64,000 nt of DNA. Origin: a virus. The stretch is from the IMG/VR virus record IMGVR_UViG_3300042691_053984, positions 32,001 through 96,000 of that record. One strand, 5' to 3'. A program made the position numbers and the translations under genes. The notes under the pieces were generated by a model. The model was not told the DNA's origin. It saw only the letters and a program-made list of their open reading frames with translations, and did no database searches. This document shows, one piece after another, positions 38,651-48,493 of this stretch. Position 1 is the first letter of the stretch, and each line of letters opens with the position of its first letter.

Positions 38651-39555
38651 GGTGTTAGTAAATTAATCATTTCGATGTAAGGTTTATAACCTAACGGTAA
38701 TAACCAGTCTGTTACATGCGGTATTTCAGGTTCCGCCAATCTTAAATCATTGTTTATCGCAGTGTCAGGCAGCACTTGTCTTGAAATTCCTACATCTCTC
38801 GAGACAACAGGAACCCTTAATAACCCACACTCAATCAATGCTTGTGGGCCACCCTCACATCGTGCAGATATTGGATACAAGTCTAAACACTGATATAAGT
38901 CATTAATAACTTCATGAGAGGGTCTTTCAAAGTAAGAAAAGCTTATTTTTGCATCTTGAAGTCTTTTTATGACATATTGACGTCGCCAACCTGCTAAAAC
39001 AACGTGAATGTCTCTTGGTACAGAGATAGAGCTTTTGTGCTCAACAAAATCAACAAATAAATCAGGGCCTTTCTCTAGCTTGGGACTGATTAAATCAAAT
39101 CCTTCGGTATCTCTTTGAAAAGAGCCAATCAAAAACTTATCTGCAGGAAGATCATACTTTAGTCTAAGACTAGACTTTGAACCAGTTTTTTTCCATATGT
39201 TTTGATTTGCCCAATAGTGGACAAGTTTGATATTTTTACTTGTTAGACTTTTGACAAATTCAAAAGTTTTTTCGTTGTATACATGGTAAAGGTCTGTGAC
39301 CTGATCACGTTTTTGAAAATCTTGTCTTTCTTTTTCTGAAAACTTTTCAGGAACTATGTGATGAACCGTTGTGATGACATGTTTTGATCGCAAAAGATCA
39401 TACGGAAGTTGATTCCAACACCAATCAGCCAATAACCAAATTACGTCTGCCTCAAGCACATTATAAGTGCTAATTTCAGCATTATCTGAATACCACTCTT
39501 TGACAAATCTGTCAACAATCCAGTCTTCGCCTGGGGGTAAAATGAAAACTTTCAT
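38647..39555 (-). CDS. Glycosyltransferase GT4-like
   Basis: IGSFQRD.EG; KGPD; EGGPQALIECG...VPVVS.DVG. Confidence 0.85.
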   Translation of the reverse strand: MKVFILPPGEDWIVDRFVKEWYSDNAEISTYNVLEADVIWLLADWCWNQLPYDLLRSKHVITTVHHIVPEKFSEKERQDFQKRDQVTDLYHVYNEKTFEFVKSLTSKNIKLVHYWANQNIWKKTGSKSSLRLKYDLPADKFLIGSFQRDTEGFDLISPKLEKGPDLFVDFVEHKSSISVPRDIHVVLAGWRRQYVIKRLQDAKISFSYFERPSHEVINDLYQCLDLYPISARCEGGPQALIECGLLRVPVVSRDVGISRQVLPDTAINNDLRLAEPEIPHVTDWLLPLGYKPYIEMINLLTP

Positions 39556-40583
39556 CAGTAAAAAAACCTTCTTTGAGCCCCACTCTGCCTAATTGCAAAC
39601 AATAGATTCACGTCCATGTAAGCAGATTTGCACGTGTAGCCGTCTGTATTTGATTTAATCGCATTAATGTTTTGCGTAAAAATCTCTCTCACGGCAACTT
39701 GCTGGTCATTTAAATGACCAATTTCATCATCTTTTGCCCATCTGAACTGGCGACCTGAAATAACTGCAGATATTTCTTTTGTACTCATGTATTCACCTAC
39801 AACATTAACATCAATCTTCTCTGTGTCATGAGAATCGCCCAATCTGTGTATCTCAAATACGTTATCATCATTTGTTATTGTACCTCTTGTACAATAAATC
39901 CTCATTGACCGTGGTTTTCTAAACTTAGCTCGATTGTAAATTGAACTAAAGTTATAGACTGCAGTCTGACCTGATGAAAACTTGATGACACCAAAATCCC
40001 AACCTTCTGTTTGATTTGAGATCATTCCGTTGTTGTCGGTATACGAGACTGGGTAGTGCGGGACGCTCGAGCCCACAACTTCAACTGGCTGTTTTTCAAA
40101 CCCAATATATCTTCTGAGTTGAGAGATTCCGTGATACTCAAACGTTCGACAATCATTCATTACTACGGTTGGCTGCCCGAAAAGGCCTGAATTCAGCAAA
40201 GTCATCTTAAATTCTTCGCAAGGAAGAAACGGCGTTTGCTCGTTTACAAAAACCTTTACGCCTGCATCAGACGATGCATCATGTATCTCAGAGTCCCACA
40301 CAGGAGTTTCCATGATGATAGGAATTCCGTACTTGATACAACTCAGCACGACTGATTTTATGGCGGATGAGTTTATCACAACTAAAAGTGCGTCAGGCCG
40401 GTTCTCAGAGATCATTAAATCGATGTCAGTGTATCTTTTCCACCCCCATGTCTTAGCAACAAGGTCCCCCTTGTGGTGATCACGGTTCCAGAACCCACAA
40501 ATCTCAAGATTTGGCATTGTTTTTGTGACAGGCCCATACATTTCGTGGATTCTTTTACCTGCCCCAAGTACACAAATTTTCAT
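39555..40583 (-). CDS. Gfo/Idh/MocA-family oxidoreductase
   Basis: KICVLGAG; PIIMETP; N-terminal Rossmann fold. Confidence 0.75.
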   Translation of the reverse strand: MKICVLGAGKRIHEMYGPVTKTMPNLEICGFWNRDHHKGDLVAKTWGWKRYTDIDLMISENRPDALLVVINSSAIKSVVLSCIKYGIPIIMETPVWDSEIHDASSDAGVKVFVNEQTPFLPCEEFKMTLLNSGLFGQPTVVMNDCRTFEYHGISQLRRYIGFEKQPVEVVGSSVPHYPVSYTDNNGMISNQTEGWDFGVIKFSSGQTAVYNFSSIYNRAKFRKPRSMRIYCTRGTITNDDNVFEIHRLGDSHDTEKIDVNVVGEYMSTKEISAVISGRQFRWAKDDEIGHLNDQQVAVREIFTQNINAIKSNTDGYTCKSAYMDVNLLFAIRQSGAQRRFFY

Positions 40584-41311
40584 TTTAGATCCTTTAATCT
40601 TTTTTCGTACAAATCATGAAGCACTTTGTGGTGCTCTTTTGACGCATACTTTCTTAGGTACTGATTTTCAGTTATGAAGTTGTATATCAATCTGATTGAT
40701 CCCCTTGGATGAACGTCTGGGATCACTCCGTGAAGCATGGAAGTATCAAACAACATCACCTGATCATTATTACTGAACAGTATTTCATTTTCAATTGAAT
40801 TTATCAGATTGTTGTCAAAAGCTTGATTATTTGCATAGCACCTGTGAGAAGAACGTATGAATTTTAGTCTTGGCTCAGGATGATCTACCATAGGATAAAA
40901 GATGATTTTATGTGCAGGAGGTGTGTTTCCAGCCCAGTGATTTATTCCGTTTTGATGGGTGTCTCTGTGCCAGTCTTGGTACGATCGCCCTGGTGCTGTT
41001 TTTACGACCTGAATATGTGAAAGAGTCAATCTCTTACAGGTGTATAACTCTAGCAAATTATAGAGTTTGTTGTCAAACAAAAGATCAAGGAAGCAATTAT
41101 CGTAACTGAAGACATCCGGTCTTAGATGGAACGAATTTTCCCGTTGCTCCCACGAAAAATTGCCTTTAATCTTGTCAAGAAAAAGCAATTCATTCAGCGA
41201 ATGAACAACTTCATCTTTGCTTTTTCCTCCTATGTTTAGCAGAGCAAAACCATCATGGTAATATTTTCCTGCTTCATCGAGTTCATCAGACGTGATTGGA
41301 GATAACTTCAT
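40580..41311 (-). CDS. PhyH-like 2OG-Fe(II) dioxygenase
   Basis: QDWHRD; LFDTSMLHG; R.RLI. Confidence 0.8.
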   Translation of the reverse strand: MKLSPITSDELDEAGKYYHDGFALLNIGGKSKDEVVHSLNELLFLDKIKGNFSWEQRENSFHLRPDVFSYDNCFLDLLFDNKLYNLLELYTCKRLTLSHIQVVKTAPGRSYQDWHRDTHQNGINHWAGNTPPAHKIIFYPMVDHPEPRLKFIRSSHRCYANNQAFDNNLINSIENEILFSNNDQVMLFDTSMLHGVIPDVHPRGSIRLIYNFITENQYLRKYASKEHHKVLHDLYEKRLKDLK

Positions 41312-42234
41312 TCTATTTCTCTCACATAATTAACGTAATGATTCATACACGTTTCCATTGAGACGTCTACGTCGTACTTTAGGTCATTTTTGTGTGGAAG
41401 CCTATCAACTTGGCACAAATCTATTTTAGGCGGATTTGTGTAGTCCACAAGGTCAAATTTGTATTCATCTTGCTCTTTTAAAACGACACCAAAGCTTTTT
41501 ACAAGTTCTTTTGTTCCACCGTGCTCAGAACAAATAACCGGTGTCCTTTGTGACAGGCACTCTACAACTGTGTTGGGGCAATGATCTAACCATGCAAGGT
41601 GGATCATCCAATCAGCAGCAGAAAACACCTCTAGACACACTTCGTGAGGCTGAGAGCCTGTATAAAATATGTGGGGGTCTGCAACCATGGTTGGATTGTT
41701 CCCCATCACGATCAACGCTGCGGAGTCATATGAATACCTAATGCGTTTAAAGAACTCAATGTTGTCAAGCAGTCTTTTTTGAGGATGCCAATTTGCTGAG
41801 CACACGAATAACGCCTGATATTGCTGTCGAATTTGTTCCAAAGAGGACACCTTGAATTCTTTAATTTCTGGTGCGTTTATTCCGTTATGGATTACCTTGC
41901 CTGATCGTGGTTGTCCCCACCATTTTGTCACCATGTGCCTGTCAAAATCTGATTGCCAGATCACTCCATCAGCGCGTTGATACAGGCTTTTGATGGCAAC
42001 ATTCTTTGTCTCAAATTCGTGAGGAGAAAACCAAATGCCGTCTAGTCTTTGAATGACCCTTTTAGCAAGAGGTCTACCAGAAGGCTCAATAAAAACGATG
42101 GAAACATCTGAATTAGAACCGTCCTCTAGTTCAATGTCATGTCCGGTTTCAAGCAACGCCATTGCAAGTCTTTTTCCAAAAGAGTTAGGCCCCGAGGATG
42201 ATGACATATCGACGTTGTCAAGGTGGATCTTCAT
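41308..42234 (-). CDS. Glycosyltransferase GT4-like
   Basis: SGPNSF; RLDG; IHNG; WRP-like ANWHPQKR; DHCPNTVVECL...PVI. Confidence 0.85.
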   Translation of the reverse strand: MKIHLDNVDMSSSSGPNSFGKRLAMALLETGHDIELEDGSNSDVSIVFIEPSGRPLAKRVIQRLDGIWFSPHEFETKNVAIKSLYQRADGVIWQSDFDRHMVTKWWGQPRSGKVIHNGINAPEIKEFKVSSLEQIRQQYQALFVCSANWHPQKRLLDNIEFFKRIRYSYDSAALIVMGNNPTMVADPHIFYTGSQPHEVCLEVFSAADWMIHLAWLDHCPNTVVECLSQRTPVICSEHGGTKELVKSFGVVLKEQDEYKFDLVDYTNPPKIDLCQVDRLPHKNDLKYDVDVSMETCMNHYVNYVREIE

Positions 42235-42593
42235 GATCTCTTTTTTACCTCTGCGATGAAAGGAACTGCGAATGGCGTCTTGTTGAACATCACTGCCATC
42301 AACGCAACTTCCTTAGTGTTGATGTTGGACAACTGTGCCCTTTCGGTGAAGATGTTAGGATCCAACTCCTGACCACCGTTGATCGTGACTGAATCATAGT
42401 ACATCTGGGCGATGTAATTGACTGATTCGTTAGACAGGGGCGTAGACGTTTGCTCAAAAACCTTTGACAAAGAGTAGAATATATCCTGATATATTTCAGA
42501 GCACACTTGCGAATTAAATTTTTCGCCCTTTCTTTTGGAAAGATTGTGAACTAAAAGACCTGTAATGGTTTCATTCAAATTGTTTTGCGTCAT
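42231..42593 (-). CDS. Hypothetical protein
   Basis: ORF track; overlaps both neighbours by ATGA. Confidence 0.6.
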   Translation of the reverse strand: MTQNNLNETITGLLVHNLSKRKGEKFNSQVCSEIYQDIFYSLSKVFEQTSTPLSNESVNYIAQMYYDSVTINGGQELDPNIFTERAQLSNINTKEVALMAVMFNKTPFAVPFIAEVKKRS

Positions 42594-43345
42594 TTAACAT
42601 ATCCCCTGTGTCTTAAAAAGACGGCTTCGTCCTTCTGAAATTTTGCATCCGGTGTTTGGTATGTTTCCGGTACGTCATCTATCGTGTAGTGATACATCAC
42701 CCTTGGGATGAAGCCTTTCATTTTTGCGTTGTGAAGCGCAGGAAGATATATCGCCTGATCTCCGGCCCTTTTTATGTAACTTCCGTCTTCACCCCTGAAG
42801 TTTTCGTCCTTTACGTCGTTCAACAATCTCTTGCGAAATGTCTTGAGGTGACTAGAAACCCATGGGTGCTCATAAGGATTGGAATCATTAGACATGGGAC
42901 CACTGATGTTTTTATCAGTGAAACCCCACCTATGCGCCGTCCATAACGCATCAGCGTTTGTCTGTTGATAAAATGAATTCAACATTGACAGTGCGTCAAC
43001 CTCAGTCAACCAATCGTCTGCGTCTATCCTACACACAATGTCGTCATCTTTACACTTTGAGATACCAAACAACACATTTGACACTTCCCACTGTTTACCA
43101 CGAATGGGATCATCAGAGTTCCAAAAAACCTGTATCTTTGATGGGTCACGATCCAGCGATTGTAGCAGCACCTGATGTGCTGCGATAATTGATCGGCACT
43201 TTTCTCTTTCAAGAGGTGACGAGACGTCGTCTATCAGGATCACCTGCCAGTCATCGTAAGACTGCGATACGATCGATGATAACATCTGTCCAACGTACGC
43301 AGACGCATTGTACATAGGAGCGACAAAAACAAATCTATTCTTCAT
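42590..43345 (-). CDS. Glycosyltransferase family 2
   Basis: FVAPMYNA; LIDDVS; RIDADDWL; SHLKTFR; AGDQA. Confidence 0.9.
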   Translation of the reverse strand: MKNRFVFVAPMYNASAYVGQMLSSIVSQSYDDWQVILIDDVSSPLEREKCRSIIAAHQVLLQSLDRDPSKIQVFWNSDDPIRGKQWEVSNVLFGISKCKDDDIVCRIDADDWLTEVDALSMLNSFYQQTNADALWTAHRWGFTDKNISGPMSNDSNPYEHPWVSSHLKTFRKRLLNDVKDENFRGEDGSYIKRAGDQAIYLPALHNAKMKGFIPRVMYHYTIDDVPETYQTPDAKFQKDEAVFLRHRGYVK

Positions 43346-44280
43346 CTTACGTCCGTCACAAATGATCTGATGGTCTCTTCGAGGGCGGACGAAAACTCCC
43401 TGTATTCGTGTCCCACGAGAGAATTGCTTTTCTCAGAAGAGATCCAATATTTCTTATCGTGACCTTTTCTATCTGTGACAAAATCTATCACATCATCAAT
43501 TTTAAGTTGTGATCCTGTGATTGTATTGTATCCCCTGATTATCTCACGGATGGTATCAAGATTGGACATTGAGTGACCCGAGGAAATGTTGTATGTGTTT
43601 CCATCGGCCCAATTATCGAGAAGCTTCCTGATGATTGAGACGGTGTCCTTTACGTAGGTCCATTCTCTTTCCTGCGAACCATCTCCGTACACGGGAAATT
43701 TCTTTCCGGATGAAATCAGCTGTAACAGTTTTGGAATTAACTTTTCCGGAAACTGCCTCGGACCAAAGTTGTTTGACGGGCGTACAATGAATGCCTTCAC
43801 TTTGTGGGTGTTCCTGTACGCAAAGATCATCATGTCTGCCGCAGCTTTTGTCGCCGAGTAGGGATTCATTGGATGAAGCCGATCATACTCTGTGAAGGGT
43901 CTTGTGTCCGCCGGGCCGTATACTTCATCGGTGGATACATGACACAATGGCACCGAGTGTTCAACACATACATCTAAAACAGACGTTGTGCCCAATACGT
44001 TAGAAAAGACAAACTGTCTTGACGCCTTGATCGAATTGTCAACGTGTGTCTCAGCGGCAAAATTGACGATCACGTCAGGGCTAAAACTTTTCACAACCTC
44101 TGATAGTCTTTTGGTGTCGCAGATATCAAACGTTTCAAGACGATGAATTCTGTTAAGTGATTTGATGTCTGAGGCATAGGTCATCTTATCGACAACTACG
44201 ACCTCATCGCCGACTGAGGTGAAATGATCATATGCATGGCCGCCGATGAAACCGGCACCACCCGTGAGTAGGATCTTCAT
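43342..44280 (-). CDS. rmlB: dTDP-glucose 4,6-dehydratase
   Basis: LTGGAGFIG; DKMTYA; NFAAETHVDNS; HVSTDEVYG; NPYSATKA; NNFGP.QFPEKLIP. Confidence 0.92.
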   Translation of the reverse strand: MKILLTGGAGFIGGHAYDHFTSVGDEVVVVDKMTYASDIKSLNRIHRLETFDICDTKRLSEVVKSFSPDVIVNFAAETHVDNSIKASRQFVFSNVLGTTSVLDVCVEHSVPLCHVSTDEVYGPADTRPFTEYDRLHPMNPYSATKAAADMMIFAYRNTHKVKAFIVRPSNNFGPRQFPEKLIPKLLQLISSGKKFPVYGDGSQEREWTYVKDTVSIIRKLLDNWADGNTYNISSGHSMSNLDTIREIIRGYNTITGSQLKIDDVIDFVTDRKGHDKKYWISSEKSNSLVGHEYREFSSALEETIRSFVTDVR

Positions 44281-44283
44281 AGT

Positions 44284-45105
44284 TCAACTCCCGTAGTTCT
44301 GGATACACCAGTTAAGCGCGGACTCTGCGTTACGAGGCAGGTAGCCTGTGGACGCAAGTTTTGAAAGATCCAGCAACGTATTGACACGCCTGACCTCAAG
44401 CGTCTTGACGTAATCTTCATAGTTTACGCTGTCCACAATTAGTGCAGGATTTAGTGACCTTACTCTCAAGGCAATGTCATATGGACTCATGAAACCGCTG
44501 TTTGCAACATTATAGATTCCATAGTGCTCACCGGAAATCAGGTGGTCAATCATATCTCCCATATCTTCAATACATGTCAACGAGTTTTTTGACGTGATGA
44601 ACTTGCCTGATGTCATTGACACGAATTTAGTGATCATGTTGGTGGGATAAGGTAACTTTGAGATCAATTGACGAGGTCTCACGATGATAGTTTTTCTGTG
44701 GTTCAACCTGACTATCGAACTATCTGCCTCTGCTTTTGTCTTGGTGTACCATGCAGCCGGCGTTGGTTCATCGTCTTCGGTGTATAACTTTTCCGTCTCG
44801 CCTCCGTCAAAAATGCACCCGCTGCTCACGTGCACGAGGCGTAGATCAAGTTCCTTGCAAACTTTTGCTACGTTGATTGCACCGATAACGTTGACGTCAT
44901 ACGCTTCAATCTTATTGGTCTCGCACCACTCAAGGTTTATCTTTGAGACCGTGTTGATAACGGTGACATCGTCTCCTGAAAATTCCCTGAGTCGATTCAT
45001 TACATTGTTAAAGTCTTTGATTTCAATGTCAGAATGTGACAAAACGACATCAGATTCTTTCCTGATCACTGTTGCAACTTTTCCTGCCCCTACAATCACC
45101 CTCAT
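44284..45105 (-). CDS. RmlD-fold enzyme resembling bifunctional 3,5-epimerase/4-reductase (UER1/NRS-ER type)
   Basis: NLEWCE; SSGCIF; WYTKTK; RPRQLIS; PTNMITK; NSLT; GIYNVAN; RRVNTLLD..KL. Confidence 0.75.
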   Translation of the reverse strand: MRVIVGAGKVATVIRKESDVVLSHSDIEIKDFNNVMNRLREFSGDDVTVINTVSKINLEWCETNKIEAYDVNVIGAINVAKVCKELDLRLVHVSSGCIFDGGETEKLYTEDDEPTPAAWYTKTKAEADSSIVRLNHRKTIIVRPRQLISKLPYPTNMITKFVSMTSGKFITSKNSLTCIEDMGDMIDHLISGEHYGIYNVANSGFMSPYDIALRVRSLNPALIVDSVNYEDYVKTLEVRRVNTLLDLSKLASTGYLPRNAESALNWCIQNYGS

Positions 45106-45821
45106 TTTTCACCCCACATCATAAGATTTGCCTTTTTGTACGAATCATGAGTCCCGGCGTCGACCCACCCACACGTCAATTCAACCGAAGAACCTGCGTC
45201 ATTTTTAACTAGATGAGAATTAACGTCGCTGATTTCGTACTCTCCTCGCGCCGAAGGCTTCAAGCGATTGATCACTCCAAAGACAGACGGTGAGTAACAA
45301 TAAAGACCGACTACTGCGTGATCGCTACTAGGAACAGCGGGTTTCTCTGCGATGTCAACGATCTTTCCTTCGTGGAATGTTGGAACGCCAAATCTTTCCG
45401 GGTCTGGTACACGTTTTGTAAATAGCTTAAACGTGTCATCAGACTCTGCGAATCTTTTCACGTGTGATGCGACTAAAGGTTGATCGTCAAAGATGTTGTC
45501 GCCGAGGATGACTGCAAACTTATCTCCTCCGACAAAGTCCTTACACAACTTCAAGGCTGCAGCGATTCCATTGGCGGAATCTTGGACCCTGTATGTCAAA
45601 GAACAGTTGTATTCCGCACCAGAACCCAGCATTGCAATCACGTGTCCCATGTGATCCGGTCCTGTGACAAGCATTACCTCTTTCACACCTGCCATTGTCA
45701 ACACATTGAGACAGTGATTTATGATCGGAAGTCCACCGACGGGAAGAAGACACTTGTTGGTCACCTTTGTGAGAGGCATGAGCCTTGATCCGGTGCCTCC
45801 GGCAAGAATGATTCCTTTCAT
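45102..45821 (-). CDS. rmlA: Glucose-1-phosphate thymidylyltransferase (short form)
   Basis: GIILAGGTGSRL.PLT...NKCLLPV; LGDNIF; PERFGV; EKP; ARGEYEISD; WVDAGT. Confidence 0.92.
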   Translation of the reverse strand: MKGIILAGGTGSRLMPLTKVTNKCLLPVGGLPIINHCLNVLTMAGVKEVMLVTGPDHMGHVIAMLGSGAEYNCSLTYRVQDSANGIAAALKLCKDFVGGDKFAVILGDNIFDDQPLVASHVKRFAESDDTFKLFTKRVPDPERFGVPTFHEGKIVDIAEKPAVPSSDHAVVGLYCYSPSVFGVINRLKPSARGEYEISDVNSHLVKNDAGSSVELTCGWVDAGTHDSYKKANLMMWGEK

Positions 45822-47734
45822 CTTTCACCTCTTGTCATTACCAGTGGTTGTTGCCTAAACACCACAATGTGTGGTGTACGTGTGAAACCATCCCACTTTC
45901 GGTGCCAAATCCAGCCACCGGTCTTTTCAGCGAGAGATCTTGCCCGTTCTGTCAGCATCTCATCAGTCACCTGAGACCAAGCAGCGTCAAACATCATATT
46001 GTTTTGAGCGGTGTCAGAAGTGTCCTTACCCCACAGACCATTCCAGTGATTTTGCCAGTAATCTCTGTATAACTTCATCTTTCTTGGAAGATCATACCAA
46101 GAATAGTGAAACACACAAGGGATGTTCGTTGCAACCTGATTGAACCAGTCTTGGTACTGCAATAATGCCTCGGTTGATCCTTGCATTGCCGCAATCCTAA
46201 CTTGCTCTGCGTCGTGAGAATAGAAGCTTAAGTGAGGAATTCTTTCTCCTGACTTTGCATCAATCATGTCGCAACCGTCGGTACCCTCTTTGGCCATTTG
46301 ACGGCCCTCAGAATCAATTGTCCTTAATTCAAGTGGTATTCCATGGGTGATATTTTTCTTATTCCTAGACAACCTCCATTTCCATGGTTGGATGTCAACT
46401 CTTGTCTTGTCAGGGCCACCCCAGTACTCTATCACTGGCAACGAGATCAGATCAACCTCCTTTGGGAAGGACTGACAAAGAATTATCACTTTTTCACAGT
46501 CTTCTTCGTGAACCACTTCATCTGAGTCCATTTGCCAACAAAAATTACCAGTGCACATTGCACGAGCTTCTGCTTTTTGCATTCCGTCGTAGACAGCGTG
46601 ACGTGGATTATCCCAATCTCTTGGTACTTGCTTGATTTTTACCCGTGGGTCTTTTTGTGAAAGCGAAACCAGAAGTTCCCATGTGCCATCGGTGGAGCCT
46701 CCGTCAACAATGCAAACTTCTTCACAGAATCCCAACATCGATTCGATCGATTGTTGAAATGGATATTGTTGTTTTATGGCGTTGTACGTTGTAGTGTACC
46801 CAGAGACGCTAGGCTTGAAGTTCATGATCTTTCCAATCGAGCTCCAAAACATTTGTCTTGATGACACAAGATAATCGTTGATGGAGTCTAGATCGTCAGT
46901 ATTAAACCATTCTTCGTCTTTATGTTGAACATTTTCATTTAGTTGTAACTTACAACCTAACAATTTTGCTTCAATCACCATTCTTGGGCAGGTGTCTTTG
47001 CCTGCAGGCAGATAAACAAAGCCTTCCGCCGCTGACAATTTTGCAATTACTTGATCATACGGAACGTTCCACACAACTTCAAATTGCTTATTGTTTTCTT
47101 CACACCACTGCTTGGCTGAATCAAACCCTTTGACCCAAGAATTAGATCCCAACACAATCCAACCACTTCTTTCTTGGGGAGGAATTTTATCACGTAAGAA
47201 CCTCATCATACCAAGTGTAGACTGGCTAAAAACGCTAGAAAGCACGATGTTATCTTTTTCACCCAAGAAAGGAAATAACTTCAAGTAATGAAGCTTCTGT
47301 CCCTCCGACATCCAGTAGATGGATTGGGCTCCGAAAAAGAAAGACGATACAATCTTTCCATTCATGTTTTCGCTACAATCACAGTCACTTCCAGTCTCTG
47401 ATTTATGTTTCTCTGGAGATCTGAATCTACAGTACTTATAGTCATATTCTAAAATTGAATATTTCAAGTTCCCAATTATGCTGGGGATTAACTCTGCATT
47501 AAGAGAGGCAAAATTTCCAAAGATCCAAAATCTGTCAAACCCTTGCTTCAATAAATCTAACGTCACAAATTTTGACTTGATTTTGAAGACGTTAAAGGGA
47601 CTTGATTCAATCAAAGCCTGAGTTGTCAACTCAGCGCCTCCGACGTAATCTTCGACAAATAAATCAGCAACCAGGATTATCTGGGCATCTTGAGGGATCT
47701 TTGCGCCAAACTGAAATACTGGATTTGAGAACAT
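45818..47734 (-). CDS. Two-domain glycosyltransferase (GT-B-like N-half fused to GT2 C-half)
   Basis: GGAELT; DTCPRMVIEAKLLGC; then SGYTTTYN, IVDGGSTDGT, QMDSDEV. Confidence 0.85.
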   Translation of the reverse strand: MFSNPVFQFGAKIPQDAQIILVADLFVEDYVGGAELTTQALIESSPFNVFKIKSKFVTLDLLKQGFDRFWIFGNFASLNAELIPSIIGNLKYSILEYDYKYCRFRSPEKHKSETGSDCDCSENMNGKIVSSFFFGAQSIYWMSEGQKLHYLKLFPFLGEKDNIVLSSVFSQSTLGMMRFLRDKIPPQERSGWIVLGSNSWVKGFDSAKQWCEENNKQFEVVWNVPYDQVIAKLSAAEGFVYLPAGKDTCPRMVIEAKLLGCKLQLNENVQHKDEEWFNTDDLDSINDYLVSSRQMFWSSIGKIMNFKPSVSGYTTTYNAIKQQYPFQQSIESMLGFCEEVCIVDGGSTDGTWELLVSLSQKDPRVKIKQVPRDWDNPRHAVYDGMQKAEARAMCTGNFCWQMDSDEVVHEEDCEKVIILCQSFPKEVDLISLPVIEYWGGPDKTRVDIQPWKWRLSRNKKNITHGIPLELRTIDSEGRQMAKEGTDGCDMIDAKSGERIPHLSFYSHDAEQVRIAAMQGSTEALLQYQDWFNQVATNIPCVFHYSWYDLPRKMKLYRDYWQNHWNGLWGKDTSDTAQNNMMFDAAWSQVTDEMLTERARSLAEKTGGWIWHRKWDGFTRTPHIVVFRQQPLVMTRGER

Positions 47735-47912
47735 AACGACCTCTTTTACGAAAATACTATTCTTTTTTCTGGGTCGTTGTTTAGTCAAAATTTAAAGAAT
47801 ATTTATTTAAAATAGTGCTTGTACATTTCTACAAATTTGGAGAAATTAAGTCTGTAGCTAAATCTAGCTAAATAAATTTATTTAAATTCTATCTGAAATA
47901 GAGGTTTTTCTT

Positions 47913-48467
47913 ATGGATAAGAAAATAGTAAAAGACATAGTTAGACCTCTGCAAAAAAAACAGCACCTGTATGCTGTGGCGTCGAGGCCTGCAGATGAAA
48001 CGTCTGCAGAAATCCTCCAGGACATTCAAAGAAAAGTAAATGAATCGTCAAATCTAAATTCAAAATTTGACGCTTTGATGTTTAAAGTCGAAAAGATAGA
48101 AGAAGAACAGTCAAAAGTATCAAAAACAGTGGGACTGATTCACAACGCTCTGTATGATCCAGATAACGGTCTTTTTTCAAGAATTGCAGCAGTTAAATCT
48201 ACACATTCAGAGGAGAAAGCCGACATAGAAAAACAACTGATTGAAATAAATGCATGGAAAAATCAATCAGAGAAAGATGAAAATCGTTCCTCGGCAGAGG
48301 GAAAAGAGATTCACAAAAAAGTTGAATCTCATCAGAACACTATTGAATCTCTTGAAAGATGGAAAGGCAACGTAAATTCATTGGGAAAGTGGACGCTTGC
48401 GGCAATTGCAGGTGGAACCATCACAATCATTTTTAGGGCAGTGTACGAACTTTTCATTGTTCAATGA
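47913..48467 (+). CDS. Coiled-coil protein with C-terminal transmembrane helix
   Basis: Helical heptads; C-terminal WTLAAIAGGTITIIF. Confidence 0.6.
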   Translation: MDKKIVKDIVRPLQKKQHLYAVASRPADETSAEILQDIQRKVNESSNLNSKFDALMFKVEKIEEEQSKVSKTVGLIHNALYDPDNGLFSRIAAVKSTHSEEKADIEKQLIEINAWKNQSEKDENRSSAEGKEIHKKVESHQNTIESLERWKGNVNSLGKWTLAAIAGGTITIIFRAVYELFIVQ

Positions 48468-48493
48468 CACCAGAAATGTGTTAAATTGTTGGA

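Noticed and set aside
18599-47734. Cellular O-antigen/capsule locus (bacterial contig or chimera)
   Set aside because: No flippase, polymerase, exporter or initiating transferase; contiguous and co-oriented with phage sigma and baseplate genes. A coverage check is still advisable.
47913-48467. Holin call
   Set aside because: Only one C-terminal TM helix and no endolysin nearby; insufficient evidence.
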